The translations under genes and the position numbers were made by a program. Under the pieces are notes generated by a model, which saw only the letters and a list, made by a program, of their open reading frames with translations, searched no databases and was not told where the DNA came from. This document shows, in pieces, positions 10,009-19,436 of a stretch of DNA of 64,000 bases. This DNA comes from Candidatus Pyrohabitans jungbluthii (GTDB lineage: Archaea; Hydrothermarchaeota; Hydrothermarchaeia; Hydrothermarchaeales; BMS3B). Numbering within the stretch: the stretch's first letter is position 1; every line of letters starts with the position of its first letter. The stretch lies in assembly GCA_002010065.2 (NCBI GenBank), contig MTMD02000014.1, positions 127,167 to 191,166 on the forward strand, written 5' to 3'.

Positions 10009-10849
10009 TCGTCTTCCTAGGCTCTGCTCTGGAATCCCCGGAATAAGCCAGGTAGATTGCCGGCAGCGCTACCGCAAGGTAGGCGAGGTGCACTATTACG
10101 CGGAGCCACTCGGCTTTGACGGTGTACCCGAAGAGCACCGCAAGCACGCTCCCCACCAAGCCCTTGTGGTGAAGCAGCGAGCCCTTCTCTATGCCTAGGT
10201 CGTAGGCGGGCTCACCCAGCCAGCCGAGCTCAATACCCTCTTCTTCAGCATACTCAATGAGCTCGTGCACCCCATAGCCAGCGAGCCCGCCTGCAATGAG
10301 TATCAGCATGATGCTGGAGTAGTAGAAGAACCTCTTTATGGGGAAGCTCATTCCAAGAGAGAAAATTCCATAGGCTAGGAGAAGGGCAACCGCAGTGCCA
10401 ACTATGGCTCCTATACCAGTGCCTGTGAAATCTCTGGCTGCGAAGGGCGTTAAGAAGAGCACCGTCTCAATGACCTCCCGTACCACGAATATAAAGGAAG
10501 CAAGAGCAACTGCGAGATGGCTCCTGCTGGATGCCACCTTTTTCTCTACCTCTCTCTTAATCTCCCTGCCCTTGGTTGCCATCCAGTATACCATGTAGGT
10601 TAGAACAGCCACAGCAGTGAGGGAGGCTATGCCCTCAAAGAGCTCCTTCTTGCCCTCACCGAGACCGCCGTAAATGAGGGCAACCGCAAGAGCTATGGCT
10701 GCGCCTGCCAATAGCGCTCCCACAGCGCCATACACAGCACTCTTTACGTACTCCTCTCTTCCGGTTCTCTTGAGGTACATAACGAGTATCATAACCAGCA
10801 GCAGTGCCTCAAAAGCTTCCCTGAAGGTTATTACAAACTGTCCCAGCAT
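9998..10849 (-). CDS. FTR1 family high-affinity iron permease
   Basis: Two RExxE motifs (FREAFE, VREVIE); about 7 TM helices. Confidence 0.92.
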   Translation of the reverse strand: MLGQFVITFREAFEALLLVMILVMYLKRTGREEYVKSAVYGAVGALLAGAAIALAVALIYGGLGEGKKELFEGIASLTAVAVLTYMVYWMATKGREIKREVEKKVASSRSHLAVALASFIFVVREVIETVLFLTPFAARDFTGTGIGAIVGTAVALLLAYGIFSLGMSFPIKRFFYYSSIMLILIAGGLAGYGVHELIEYAEEEGIELGWLGEPAYDLGIEKGSLLHHKGLVGSVLAVLFGYTVKAEWLRVIVHLAYLAVALPAIYLAYSGDSRAEPRKTTTA

Positions 10850-10864
10850 TTTCCATCACCTCAA

Positions 10865-10906
10865 TTAGGCATACCTAATTTTAGGTTTATATGTAGGTTT
10901 CCCTAA
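10865..10906. promoter_or_regulatory. Two DtxR-type operator palindromes upstream of FTR1
   Basis: TTAGGCATACCTAA (10865-10878) and GTAGGTTTCCCTAA (10893-10906). Confidence 0.8.
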
Positions 10907-10911
10907 TTCTG

Positions 10912-11292
10912 TTAGGTTTTCTGATTTTTTCCGCTCTCCTTCAGAATCGTGTACCCATAGGTTTCGCAGCGATACCTATCACCGCATCCCCTGCATTTTT
11001 CCATAGAAGGCTCTTTCTCCAGCCCAGCCAGGCACCTTCTCAGTGAAGATAGGCTGTGTCTGTGGATTCTGACTATCGGTATTCCCATGTCATCTGCTAT
11101 CTCCGTAGCCTTCTTAGCCATATTCGTGGAAACCATGCTGGTAAGCACCAGTATCAGATCGGCATTCTTGAGCTTATATTCCAGGTTTCCCCTCCATCTG
11201 CTAAAAATTTCCACGTCTATGCCAGATTCTGCAAATATCTCCCTGTAATGCTCTTTCATCCTCTGCATACCACCAATAAGAACTGCTTTCAT
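10912..11292 (-). CDS. DUF2325 domain protein with Cys-rich tail
   Basis: VLIGG...ADLILVLTSMVS; C-terminal CRGCGDRYRC. Confidence 0.75.
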   Translation of the reverse strand: MKAVLIGGMQRMKEHYREIFAESGIDVEIFSRWRGNLEYKLKNADLILVLTSMVSTNMAKKATEIADDMGIPIVRIHRHSLSSLRRCLAGLEKEPSMEKCRGCGDRYRCETYGYTILKESGKNQKT

Positions 11293-11349
11293 ACAATCAC
11301 CATGTAATATTTTATTTTTTAGGTTAATAAATATATTTTCCAAAAATAA

Positions 11350-11721
11350 TTAGGTTCTGACTTTTCTAACAAAATTTTTTATACATTCGAGGGTTTCTAT
11401 GCTTATGATGTGTTCTATTCGGTGGGCATCCTTTCTTGCAACTTCGGGCGGGACCTCCATTATCTCTAGGAGCTTCACTATCGCTTCGTGTCTGTCTTTG
11501 ATATTCCTGGCTATTTTCTCCCCCTCCTCGGTTAAAGATATATAGGCACGCTTTTCGTAAATCAACAGTCCCATTTTGCTCAGCTTGTGCACCATCTCCG
11601 TAACTGATGGTGGTTTCACATTTAGGGCGAGTGCTATATCTTTTATCCTGACATAACCTTTATCTCTTTTTATCTCATAAATAATCCTCAGATAATCCTC
11701 TGCCCTTCTGCTGAGCCTCAT
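11350..11721 (-). CDS. DtxR/MntR family metal-dependent repressor
   Basis: EDYLRIIY, KPPSVTEM, LTEEG, RHE, AHRIEH. Confidence 0.92.
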   Translation of the reverse strand: MRLSRRAEDYLRIIYEIKRDKGYVRIKDIALALNVKPPSVTEMVHKLSKMGLLIYEKRAYISLTEEGEKIARNIKDRHEAIVKLLEIMEVPPEVARKDAHRIEHIISIETLECIKNFVRKVRT

Positions 11722-11733
11722 GCACACACCAAT

Positions 11734-11782
11734 TTAGGTTAACCTAATTAGGAATTCCTAAATTAGGAATTCCTAAATTAGG
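11734..11782. promoter_or_regulatory. Tandem array of DtxR-type operator palindromes
   Basis: TTAGGTTAACCTAA (11734-47), TTAGGAATTCCTAA (11748-61 and 11763-76), plus a TTAGG half site (11778-82). Confidence 0.85.
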
Positions 11783-11846
11783 TGTTTAAATATTTTTGCC
11801 TAAATTCTTCCCCAAATTTTATAACCCAAGCTGGGCAGGAATACTC

Positions 11847-14021
11847 ATGGGTAAAAGGATTGCCTTTTTCATGGACTATGATAAGTACGGTCGCGAAGAG
11901 GCGCCGGCGATACTCCAGTTCATTCAGACGCTGCGCAATTATGGTCACGACGTTGATTTCATGACCTCTGAGAGGGAGCTTCTGGAGAGGCTTCCTCAGG
12001 GTTATGACGTGGTGGCACTCTCTGCATTCAGCAGCTTGGAGTTGAGAGACATACTTAAAACGGCGATAAGGGTTAAGCAGGCGGATTCTCGCGTGGTTAA
12101 CGTACTCGGCGGGCACGGCGTTGTTGAGAACGCTTCAAAGCTAATCCTCGCCACGGGCATAGATGCAGTTGTGGAAGGCGAGGCAGAGAACACCTTTCCT
12201 TTGATGCTTAAGCACCTGGAGAAAGCTAAGCAGAGTATGAGCTTACCTCCGCGTCATGCCTCCTTATCCCTGCGTGCGGAAAAGCTTGCCTACCTAGATG
12301 AAGAGGCGGTTGAGCTTCTCAGAAAAAACGAGTTCAGGAGCCCTGTTACTGAGGAGAAGGCAGAAGAGATTCTTGGTGAGCATTTTACGAGGAGGATAAA
12401 CTACCGCGGGAAGGAGCTTGAGATAGAGGTTCCCATCACAGGGGTTTATGTAAAAACCCGTGAGGGCAAGGTGTTCTACTCGGGCTCAGCCCACGATGAG
12501 GAGGTCATAGATAGAGCGTACAGAAGGAACGAGGAGCGTCTCGGCAATGCTATATCCAAGCGTGAGTTTTCTCGTTTCATCCACGCCCACCCCACAAGGC
12601 AGGAGCTGGAGGAGAACTTCACAGGCTACCCCTGGGATATCGTCGAAGCGAAAGGGTGGCGTGCCTTAAGCCTGTACCTGCAGCGGGGGTGCAACTGGGG
12701 CAGGTGCGAGTACTGCAGCATAACCACGCCAGCGGGGCGAAGCATAAGCGTGGAGAAAGTGGTGGCGCTTCTCAAAGAAGCAACGGAGCATGGCATAGCT
12801 CAGGTAACCTTTGACGACGACCAGTTTGTGCAGAATGAGCGCTGGGTGGCTGAGCTGTGCAGGGGTATTCTGAGGGAGGAGCTCAACCGCAAGCTTAGGT
12901 TCGGGGCAATGCTGCGCGTCGACGCCGTGAGAGACCTCTCCCTGCTCAGGCTGATGAAGCAAGCTGGCTTTGCAAAGGTTCAGGTAGGTTTGGAGAGCCT
13001 TGTGCCGGAGAAGATTGCGTACTTCAGAAAAACCCTGCCCGGGAGGGAGGAGGAGTACATCCAGAAAGCCTTCGCTTTAATCAATGCATGCATGCGTGCT
13101 GGTTTAGATGTTGGAATCTTTGTGATAACCACAAGACCCAAGCAGAGAGAAGCCCTGGAGGAGGTGGCACGCGAAATTGAAGCCCTGCTCCAGCTTCTTC
13201 TCTCGCTCTACCGCACGCATCGCAGACTCCCCACAATAAGCTTCAACGACATGCTCATGGCATATCCTGGAGCGCCGCTGCTGAGGAAGGAGAAGTATAA
13301 GCGCATGCTTGTTCCAGTGGCGATCGCAAACGGCGAGCTTCTGACGCTGGAGGTGCCCTACATTTTCGAGCTAAAGAGCATGCAGCTTGCAAATTACCTG
13401 GCTATTCTAAGGGAGATGGCAAAGCGTAGAGGTATGCCCCCGGAGCAGTTAAACGAAACCCTGGAGCATTTTGAGGACCTCATCGCTGCGCTAAAGGTGG
13501 CGGCGGAGCACTTGGGAAGCGAGGTCTCAGCCTGCCTCGAATACCTCTCAGGCTTAAGTGAAGGCGAAAGGAGGGAGCTGGCACAGCTTTTGAATCTGGA
13601 TTCGCCCAACCTTGAAAAAGCCTTGCTCAGCGGTGCTGTGTCAATAGCCGAGCTAAAGCGCGCGGTTGAGCGCACAGGCGAGGAAAATCTCAGCATACTG
13701 TGCGAACGCCTCCCGACCAAGCTAAAAGAGGCAAGCACGAAGCTTGAGGAAAGGTGCAGGGAAATGGAGCACCTTCTCTATGCTCTGGAGAGTGAGGTTT
13801 ACATGATTGTGAAGACCCACCTCAGCAGGGTTAGAGCAGAGCTTCGCAGCCTTGAGCAGAGAGGCGAGGCATTTCATGAAAGTGTGCACAGAATAAGAGA
13901 GGAATCTCAGGAGCTTCTCAACAAATACTACCCCTACTACCTTGCAAGAACCTCGCTTCAGAACCTGCTTGCGTGGCTTGAGGAGTACGAGAGGGTTACC
14001 CCTCCCTCTCAGAGGGGTTGA
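11847..14021 (+). CDS. B12-binding radical SAM protein with long helical C-terminal extension
   Basis: LGGHG, VEGEAE (B12-binding domain), RGCNWGRCEYC, VGLES; start moved to the ATG at 11847. Confidence 0.82.
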   Translation: MGKRIAFFMDYDKYGREEAPAILQFIQTLRNYGHDVDFMTSERELLERLPQGYDVVALSAFSSLELRDILKTAIRVKQADSRVVNVLGGHGVVENASKLILATGIDAVVEGEAENTFPLMLKHLEKAKQSMSLPPRHASLSLRAEKLAYLDEEAVELLRKNEFRSPVTEEKAEEILGEHFTRRINYRGKELEIEVPITGVYVKTREGKVFYSGSAHDEEVIDRAYRRNEERLGNAISKREFSRFIHAHPTRQELEENFTGYPWDIVEAKGWRALSLYLQRGCNWGRCEYCSITTPAGRSISVEKVVALLKEATEHGIAQVTFDDDQFVQNERWVAELCRGILREELNRKLRFGAMLRVDAVRDLSLLRLMKQAGFAKVQVGLESLVPEKIAYFRKTLPGREEEYIQKAFALINACMRAGLDVGIFVITTRPKQREALEEVAREIEALLQLLLSLYRTHRRLPTISFNDMLMAYPGAPLLRKEKYKRMLVPVAIANGELLTLEVPYIFELKSMQLANYLAILREMAKRRGMPPEQLNETLEHFEDLIAALKVAAEHLGSEVSACLEYLSGLSEGERRELAQLLNLDSPNLEKALLSGAVSIAELKRAVERTGEENLSILCERLPTKLKEASTKLEERCREMEHLLYALESEVYMIVKTHLSRVRAELRSLEQRGEAFHESVHRIREESQELLNKYYPYYLARTSLQNLLAWLEEYERVTPPSQRG

Positions 14022-14565
14022 GTTCATGAATTCCCATCTTCTCTAACTCGCGCTTTATCAGCTCCACGGGAATGCTGCCCACGAAGCGCAGCCTGCCGTT
14101 TATTGTCACCATGGTTGTGGGGCCACTCTTCTCCAGTTGTTCTTTCACCTCGGGGTACTTCTCAACGTCGTCGCTCATTATGTCAACCCAGCTAACCTTA
14201 ATCCTGCCCTTGCCGTACTTCTTGTCCATGAAGTTCTGAAGCACCTCCGCGTCCAAATCTATGCTCTCTGGCAGGTCGCACAGCCCGTCTTCTTCGCAGT
14301 TGTAGGGTATTAGAGTGCCGAAGATGATAATCTCAGCCTGCGTAGCCTGCTCTTCCTCTTCCAGCTCTCCCGCAAAGGCTTTGCGGTAGTCTATCTTCCA
14401 TACCCCTTGCTCCCTCGCCTCAAAAGTGGGGCAGCTTCTCTCCTTCCACTTGTGTATTACCCACTTCTGGTTGAACTCATCAAACTCAGCGCCGAAGCAG
14501 GGTCTCCTCGTATGAATGCAAAGCTCCTCTTGCTCAGGGTCGTGATACTTGCACTCTCCAAGCAT
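13996..14565 (-). CDS. Hypothetical protein: Cys-rich N-terminus plus thioredoxin-like C-terminal domain
   Basis: CKYH..C..PC..C, CEEDGLC, MVTINGRLRFVG; GAGGAG SD. Confidence 0.6.
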   Translation of the reverse strand: MLGECKYHDPEQEELCIHTRRPCFGAEFDEFNQKWVIHKWKERSCPTFEAREQGVWKIDYRKAFAGELEEEEQATQAEIIIFGTLIPYNCEEDGLCDLPESIDLDAEVLQNFMDKKYGKGRIKVSWVDIMSDDVEKYPEVKEQLEKSGPTTMVTINGRLRFVGSIPVELIKRELEKMGIHELNPSEREG

Positions 14566-14749
14566 AACAATCTCCTCGTGTCTGCGAACAGGTTAACGAT
14601 TTTATCCAAATTGGTAGTGGTGGTGTGTGCATGGGCGCAGCAGCGCTATCTCGGAGGTATATACTCTATATAGCTTATTTACATTATTTGGAAAAAACAT
14701 AAATATCTCTCCCATGAGTTAATAGTAACCCACAGAGGCGAGGCAATAC

Positions 14750-15166
14750 ATGCGTATTCTCGTAGCAATCGATGGTTCCCGAGATTCGCGAAAGGCTCTG
14801 CGTTTTGCTTTGAAGCTCGCGAAGGATAGTGGTTACTCTATCTCCCTACTTCACGTTGTGCCAAAGCTTCCAACCACGAAGGAAGAAGTAATACGCCTGA
14901 TAAAGGAGGAGATAGGCTCCCCCGAGGAGGCTGGCAAGCGATACCTTGAGGAGGCAAAGAAAATCGCAGAAGAGGAAGGTGTGCAAGTGCAGGAGGTTAT
15001 TCTAAAAGAGGGCAATCCTGTGGAGGAGATTCTTAAGGCAGAGAAGGGCTATGATTTAGTGGTGGTTGGTTCTCGGGGTATGGGCAGGGTGGACAGACTT
15101 CTCCTGGGCAGTGTTTCCTCCAAGCTGGTGGTTGCCTCTTCAAAGCCGGTGCTGGTGGTGAGGTAG
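14750..15166 (+). CDS. Universal stress protein
   Basis: ILVAIDGS, GSRG, LLGSVS, PVLVVR. Confidence 0.95.
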   Translation: MRILVAIDGSRDSRKALRFALKLAKDSGYSISLLHVVPKLPTTKEEVIRLIKEEIGSPEEAGKRYLEEAKKIAEEEGVQVQEVILKEGNPVEEILKAEKGYDLVVVGSRGMGRVDRLLLGSVSSKLVVASSKPVLVVR

Positions 15167-15168
15167 GC

Positions 15169-15357
15169 ATGGGCGTAACCGCTAACCCTGTGACGATAAC
15201 TTGGGTTGTTGGCATTGGTTTAGCGGCGCTTATTGCAAGTGCTCTCTTGCTGAACGAGCGCACCCGTGAGTGGAGTGATAACAAAATCTTCTTCACATCC
15301 ATGATAACGAGCCTATCTCTTGTACTGCTGTTTCTAAAACTCACAGGGAGGATTTAG
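15169..15357 (+). CDS. Small 2-TM membrane protein
   Basis: GAGGT SD; fills the gap between usp and pit; two hydrophobic helices. Confidence 0.65.
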   Translation: MGVTANPVTITWVVGIGLAALIASALLLNERTREWSDNKIFFTSMITSLSLVLLFLKLTGRI

Positions 15358-15360
15358 AGC

Positions 15361-16395
15361 TTGGACGTAATACTAACACCCTTCCTCATTGCAGCCCTGC
15401 TTGCCGGGCTTTACATGGCCTGGAACATAGGAGCGAACGATGTCGCCAACGCTATGGGCACCAGTGTTGGCTCTCGCGCAATAACCTACAGGCAGGCGAT
15501 ACTCATTGCCGCGATCTTTGAGTTCGGTGGCGCCGTGGTTTTCGGGAAGCATGTCACGGAGACGATACGCAAGGGCATTGTCGACCCGAAGTACTTCACC
15601 TCACCGGAGGTGCTTGCGTTTGGAGCCTTCGCAGCTCTTGTCGCTGCCGGGATATGGCTCACCATCGCAACATGGGCGAGGCTTCCTGTCTCTACGACGC
15701 ACAGCATCGTCGGAGCCATGGCGGGTTTTGGCATCGCGGCCCAGGGTTTAGGCGTGGTGAACTGGGGCAAGATGAGCAAAATCGTTGCAAGCTGGATCGT
15801 ATCGCCGATTGTAGGTGCCCTTGTGGCCTTCATTCTCTTCACAGGCATGCGCCACTTCCTGCTTAAGAAGGTGGACGACAGGCAGCGGGTGGAGAGGATT
15901 TTCGGGAAGTTTCAGATAATGACTGCTTGCTTTGTGGCATTCGCCCATGGAAGCAACGACGTCGCCAATGCCGTAGGCCCCCTTGCAGCAGCGCTCACCT
16001 TCTCTCAGGGAACAGCCGTAGAGGTGGCTGCAAAGCTTCCTGTACCCAAGTGGCTTCTCGCTTTTGGTGGCTTTGGTATAGTTCTGGGTCTTGCAACCTG
16101 GGGGTATCGCGTAATGGGTACAATAGGCGAGAGGGTTACGCAGATTACGCCAACCCGCGGCTTTACCGCAGAATTCAGCGCCGCAAGCGTTGTGCTGGCG
16201 AATTCGCAGATAGGCATGCCCATATCTACGACACATACGCTTGTGGGCTGCGTTATAGGCGTAGGTTTAGCTCGTGGAATAAAGGCATTAAATTTAAAAA
16301 TAATCAGGGATATAATTTTATCCTGGTTAGCAACAGTACCTTTCGCTGCCCTTGTGGCGGCGATTACATTTAAGGTGTTGATGTACCTGAGGTGA
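15361..16395 (+). CDS. pit: PiT family inorganic phosphate transporter
   Basis: GANDVANAMGT and HGSNDVANA signatures, PVSTTH/PISTTH. Confidence 0.95.
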   Translation: MDVILTPFLIAALLAGLYMAWNIGANDVANAMGTSVGSRAITYRQAILIAAIFEFGGAVVFGKHVTETIRKGIVDPKYFTSPEVLAFGAFAALVAAGIWLTIATWARLPVSTTHSIVGAMAGFGIAAQGLGVVNWGKMSKIVASWIVSPIVGALVAFILFTGMRHFLLKKVDDRQRVERIFGKFQIMTACFVAFAHGSNDVANAVGPLAAALTFSQGTAVEVAAKLPVPKWLLAFGGFGIVLGLATWGYRVMGTIGERVTQITPTRGFTAEFSAASVVLANSQIGMPISTTHTLVGCVIGVGLARGIKALNLKIIRDIILSWLATVPFAALVAAITFKVLMYLR

Positions 16396-17072
16396 CCCAG
16401 TTGAGGAGTGTTCTTGGAATGTTTGCACCGTCGCCCTTTGAACCCCTGGAGGAGCATGTGAAGATAGTCAGACAGTGTTCTGACCTGTTTCGCGAGATGG
16501 TGGTTGCCTACCTTGACAAGGATTTCGAGAGGTCTGACAAGATAGCACTTCGTATATCTGAGCTGGAGCATGAGGCTGACAAGATAAAGAACCACATTCG
16601 GGAGCACCTCCCTAGGAGCATATTTATGCCTGTTGACAGGGGGGACTTTCTCAATTACTTGCGGGAGCAGGACCAGGTCGCTGACCGCCTTGAGGAGGTA
16701 GCGCTAACAATGAGCCTGCGCAGGACAGAGATTCCGGAAGAGCTCCGCGATGATTTTTTGGACATGGCGAAGAAGGTGTGCGACGTCGTTGATCTCGTAC
16801 CTTTAGCGGTTAGAAGCATGATTGAACTTCTTGAGTCGACGTTCCGGAAGAAGGACAGCAAGGTAAACCTGTACATTAGCCTGCTCAATGAAAAAGAGCA
16901 GCTCACTGACGACTTGGATTTGAAGATAAGGAAGCGCATCTTCGACATTGAGGACAAGCTAACCCATGGCGAACTATTCCACCTGATGCGCGTGGTCAAG
17001 CTCTTGGCTCGTGTCGCTGACCATGCTGAGAACTGCGGCGACCGCATGCGCGTGATGGTGGCCAGACTGTAG
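16392..17072 (+). CDS. TIGR00153/DUF47 phosphate transport regulator
   Basis: LEHEADKIK, DQVAD, ADHAEN; coupled to pit. Confidence 0.9.
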   Translation: MTQLRSVLGMFAPSPFEPLEEHVKIVRQCSDLFREMVVAYLDKDFERSDKIALRISELEHEADKIKNHIREHLPRSIFMPVDRGDFLNYLREQDQVADRLEEVALTMSLRRTEIPEELRDDFLDMAKKVCDVVDLVPLAVRSMIELLESTFRKKDSKVNLYISLLNEKEQLTDDLDLKIRKRIFDIEDKLTHGELFHLMRVVKLLARVADHAENCGDRMRVMVARL

Positions 17073-17375
17073 GTGATGGAAATGATGGAGCCAAAAACCG
17101 AGATAATAATGGTGGGACACATTCTGGAGAAGAACATAATCTTCGAGGTATACGAGAGGATAAAGGATTTTGGTGTGGACGTGAAGCACTGCGAAATCTC
17201 ATTCACTACCCTTAAGGAGGGCATAGAGCAGCGCAAACCCTCGACGATGCGGTGCTACCTCGTTGGTCCAAAGGAGGAGCGGGAAAAGGCGATTGAAGAG
17301 ATTAAGAAGATAGCAGAGAAGTACGACTGTGGCATAGAGACCATAGATTATGAGGAGATGTGGAGGAGGCGATAG
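17073..17375 (+). CDS. Hypothetical ACT-like protein (resembles the LOR/SDH N-terminal repeat)
   Basis: EIIMVGHILE pattern; coupled to the DUF47 gene. Confidence 0.55.
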   Translation: MMEMMEPKTEIIMVGHILEKNIIFEVYERIKDFGVDVKHCEISFTTLKEGIEQRKPSTMRCYLVGPKEEREKAIEEIKKIAEKYDCGIETIDYEEMWRRR

Positions 17376-17987
17376 CTAACACCGCTTAAGGGCACGCTCC
17401 ACCACATCGCCGCGAGGCGAAGTCTCGGCAAATACTATCCCCTCGAAGGTGTAGATTTTTGTTTCTTCATCAAGCCAGCAGTCGGGCATAAGCCCGGCTT
17501 TCATGCAGGTGTGGCTGAGGAACTCTTCGCTTGTCCAGCCCTCGTCTACGGGTACCTGGGGCAGGAGTAAACCACGGGCTAAGCCTTTCTCTACAATCAA
17601 CCCATGCTTTCCTACCTTTACCTTTTCCGGGTATTCTCTGGGCGAGCTAACTTTCAGCAGTTTGGGTTTGGTAAGCACGCTCACCTCTATGGTGCAGTGC
17701 TCAAGCTCCCTGAGGCTAACGGGATAGAACCTCGGGTCCTGCGTCGCCGCCGCTATCGCCGCCTTTATTGTCGCCTCCACAAGGGGGTAGATTGGCTCAG
17801 GGTAGCCTATGCATCCGCGCAACTCGTGCGTGGGGTAGGTCTCCAGGGTGACGAAGACGCCCGCCTTTTCTTTCAATTTTTCGGGCGCATCTTCTGGTGG
17901 CGAAAGCTCTCGTTTCTCCCGCAGGTAGACCTCAATGGTACGCCTCGCAAGCCTTACAAGGTACTTCCCCTCTTCCAGTGTGTACAT
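17376..17987 (-). CDS. AMMECR1 family protein (TIGR00296)
   Basis: GVFVTL, LRGCIG, DPRF, GLLLPQV, CMKAG. Confidence 0.93.
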   Translation of the reverse strand: MYTLEEGKYLVRLARRTIEVYLREKRELSPPEDAPEKLKEKAGVFVTLETYPTHELRGCIGYPEPIYPLVEATIKAAIAAATQDPRFYPVSLRELEHCTIEVSVLTKPKLLKVSSPREYPEKVKVGKHGLIVEKGLARGLLLPQVPVDEGWTSEEFLSHTCMKAGLMPDCWLDEETKIYTFEGIVFAETSPRGDVVERALKRC

Positions 17988-18025
17988 GCTTATTAATTCT
18001 TCTCCGGAGTTTATCAATTTAGTGT

Positions 18026-18346
18026 TCAGAAGGTGAGCAGCTTGTCACTCCACTTCACTATATCGTACAAATCCTTCATCGTTGAAATCGGACACAGCTC
18101 GCTTTCCTCACTGCCCCTGAGCTTCAAGCATGTGCCGCACGCAAATATCTCTCCACCATTTTCCAGAAAGCTGCGCATCTGCTCCGTAACCTTGAACTTC
18201 TCTGTGTCGAAGGACTCACACTCTACGCCCTTGCCGAGGAGAAACACCTTAACCTCGTCTCCCGCATTAAGCGCAAAGTTTCCAAAGCGGAAGGCATTCC
18301 ACACAGTCTCAGAGTCGTTGGAGTATATCACAATGCCAACCTTCAT
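18026..18346 (-). CDS. DsrE/F-like family protein
   Basis: VFLLGKGVE, ACGTCLKLRG, DKLLTF. Confidence 0.85.
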   Translation of the reverse strand: MKVGIVIYSNDSETVWNAFRFGNFALNAGDEVKVFLLGKGVECESFDTEKFKVTEQMRSFLENGGEIFACGTCLKLRGSEESELCPISTMKDLYDIVKWSDKLLTF

Positions 18347-18436
18347 CTTCCTACCTCCTGAGAATTTTATTATATCATGATATATTAATATTTTTCGTTT
18401 ACTTCGGGTAAATTATGCGACCCTTCTCAAAACTCG

Positions 18437-18898
18437 CTACCACAGCATGTACTTCTTGAGTAGCATCGCATCCTCACCGTCACTGTAGTATCCCTTGAGG
18501 ATGCCCTTCTCCACGTAGCCAAGCCTCTTGTAGAATTTCACCGCTCTGGTGTTGGATACGCGCACCTCTAACCAGAGTTCCACCACTCCCTTCTTTCTGA
18601 GTTCCTCCTCCACCGCCAGCATCAAAGCCTTGCCAATGCCTCTGCACCTGTGCCTTGGGTCAACGGCTATAGCTATGATGTGTCCCTTTGCGTCCACCTT
18701 TCTGGCAATAACATAGCCAACAACTTGGCTGTCCTCCTCAGCCACCAGGAAGGTGTCGCCATAAAGCTCGTACAGGTTGATTAGGAAGATGGGGTGGTAC
18801 GGGTCTTTAAAGCTCTGAGCCTCGATTTCATACACTTTCTGCAAGTCGCTGGGCCGAAACTTTCTGATTAGCAGCATATCAAAAGCACCCGCACTCAT
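18437..18898 (-). CDS. rimI: RimI/Ard1-type N-acetyltransferase (GNAT)
   Basis: IAVDPRHRCRGIG, LEVRVSN, YYSDGEDA; the start may be 18877. Confidence 0.88.
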   Translation of the reverse strand: MSAGAFDMLLIRKFRPSDLQKVYEIEAQSFKDPYHPIFLINLYELYGDTFLVAEEDSQVVGYVIARKVDAKGHIIAIAVDPRHRCRGIGKALMLAVEEELRKKGVVELWLEVRVSNTRAVKFYKRLGYVEKGILKGYYSDGEDAMLLKKYMLW

Positions 18899-18987
18899 TG
18901 AAAAGCAACCCCGTTAATATTATCTGAGAGTTACATATTATCTTTTCCCAGAGGAGCACAGCAGAATGTCTAATCAGGGATGATTGA

Positions 18988-19389
18988 ATGACACAGAGAT
19001 TTGAAATCCTGGCAGAATTTTTAAAGAAGAATTATGGAAATGCTGCCAAGATTGTAGAAGTGGGTGTGGGTAGCGAGAGGCATGTGCTGAATGAGCTGAA
19101 GGCGAGTATAAAGGGCGAGGTTGTGGGCGTGGACATCAAAGGAGGGGAAGGCGTGGTAAAAGATGATGTGCTTTCACCCAATCTGGAGATATATCAGGGC
19201 GCTGATCTGATTTACGCCATTCGCCCGCCTCCCGAGCTTTACCCCACGTTAATATCGCTGGCGGCAAAGGTAAACGCCGACCTAATAATCCGCCCCCTGA
19301 GCACAGACCCTCCGCCTCAGGGTATGAAGCTGGTGAACTATCGCGGAGAATTTTTCTACGTTACCCAGAAGCGAAAGCTTCTGTTGTGA
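18988..19389 (+). CDS. UPF0146 family protein
   Basis: VEVGVG, DDVLSP, YAIRPPPEL. Confidence 0.9.
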   Translation: MTQRFEILAEFLKKNYGNAAKIVEVGVGSERHVLNELKASIKGEVVGVDIKGGEGVVKDDVLSPNLEIYQGADLIYAIRPPPELYPTLISLAAKVNADLIIRPLSTDPPPQGMKLVNYRGEFFYVTQKRKLLL

Positions 19390-19436
19390 CGAAGTTATCC
19401 GTTTCGTGCTAAGCACGATAGGGTGACGAAGTTACC
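19386..19436. repeat. REP-like intergenic element: 12-bp direct repeats around a hairpin
   Basis: GTGACGAAGTTA at 19386 and 19423; TCGTGCT-A-AGCACGA between them; related copy at 61736-61791. Confidence 0.65.

Noticed and set aside
11734-11790. Tandem repeats as a CRISPR array
   Set aside because: 14-15 bp palindromes with no spacers and no cas genes; they fit operator sites.
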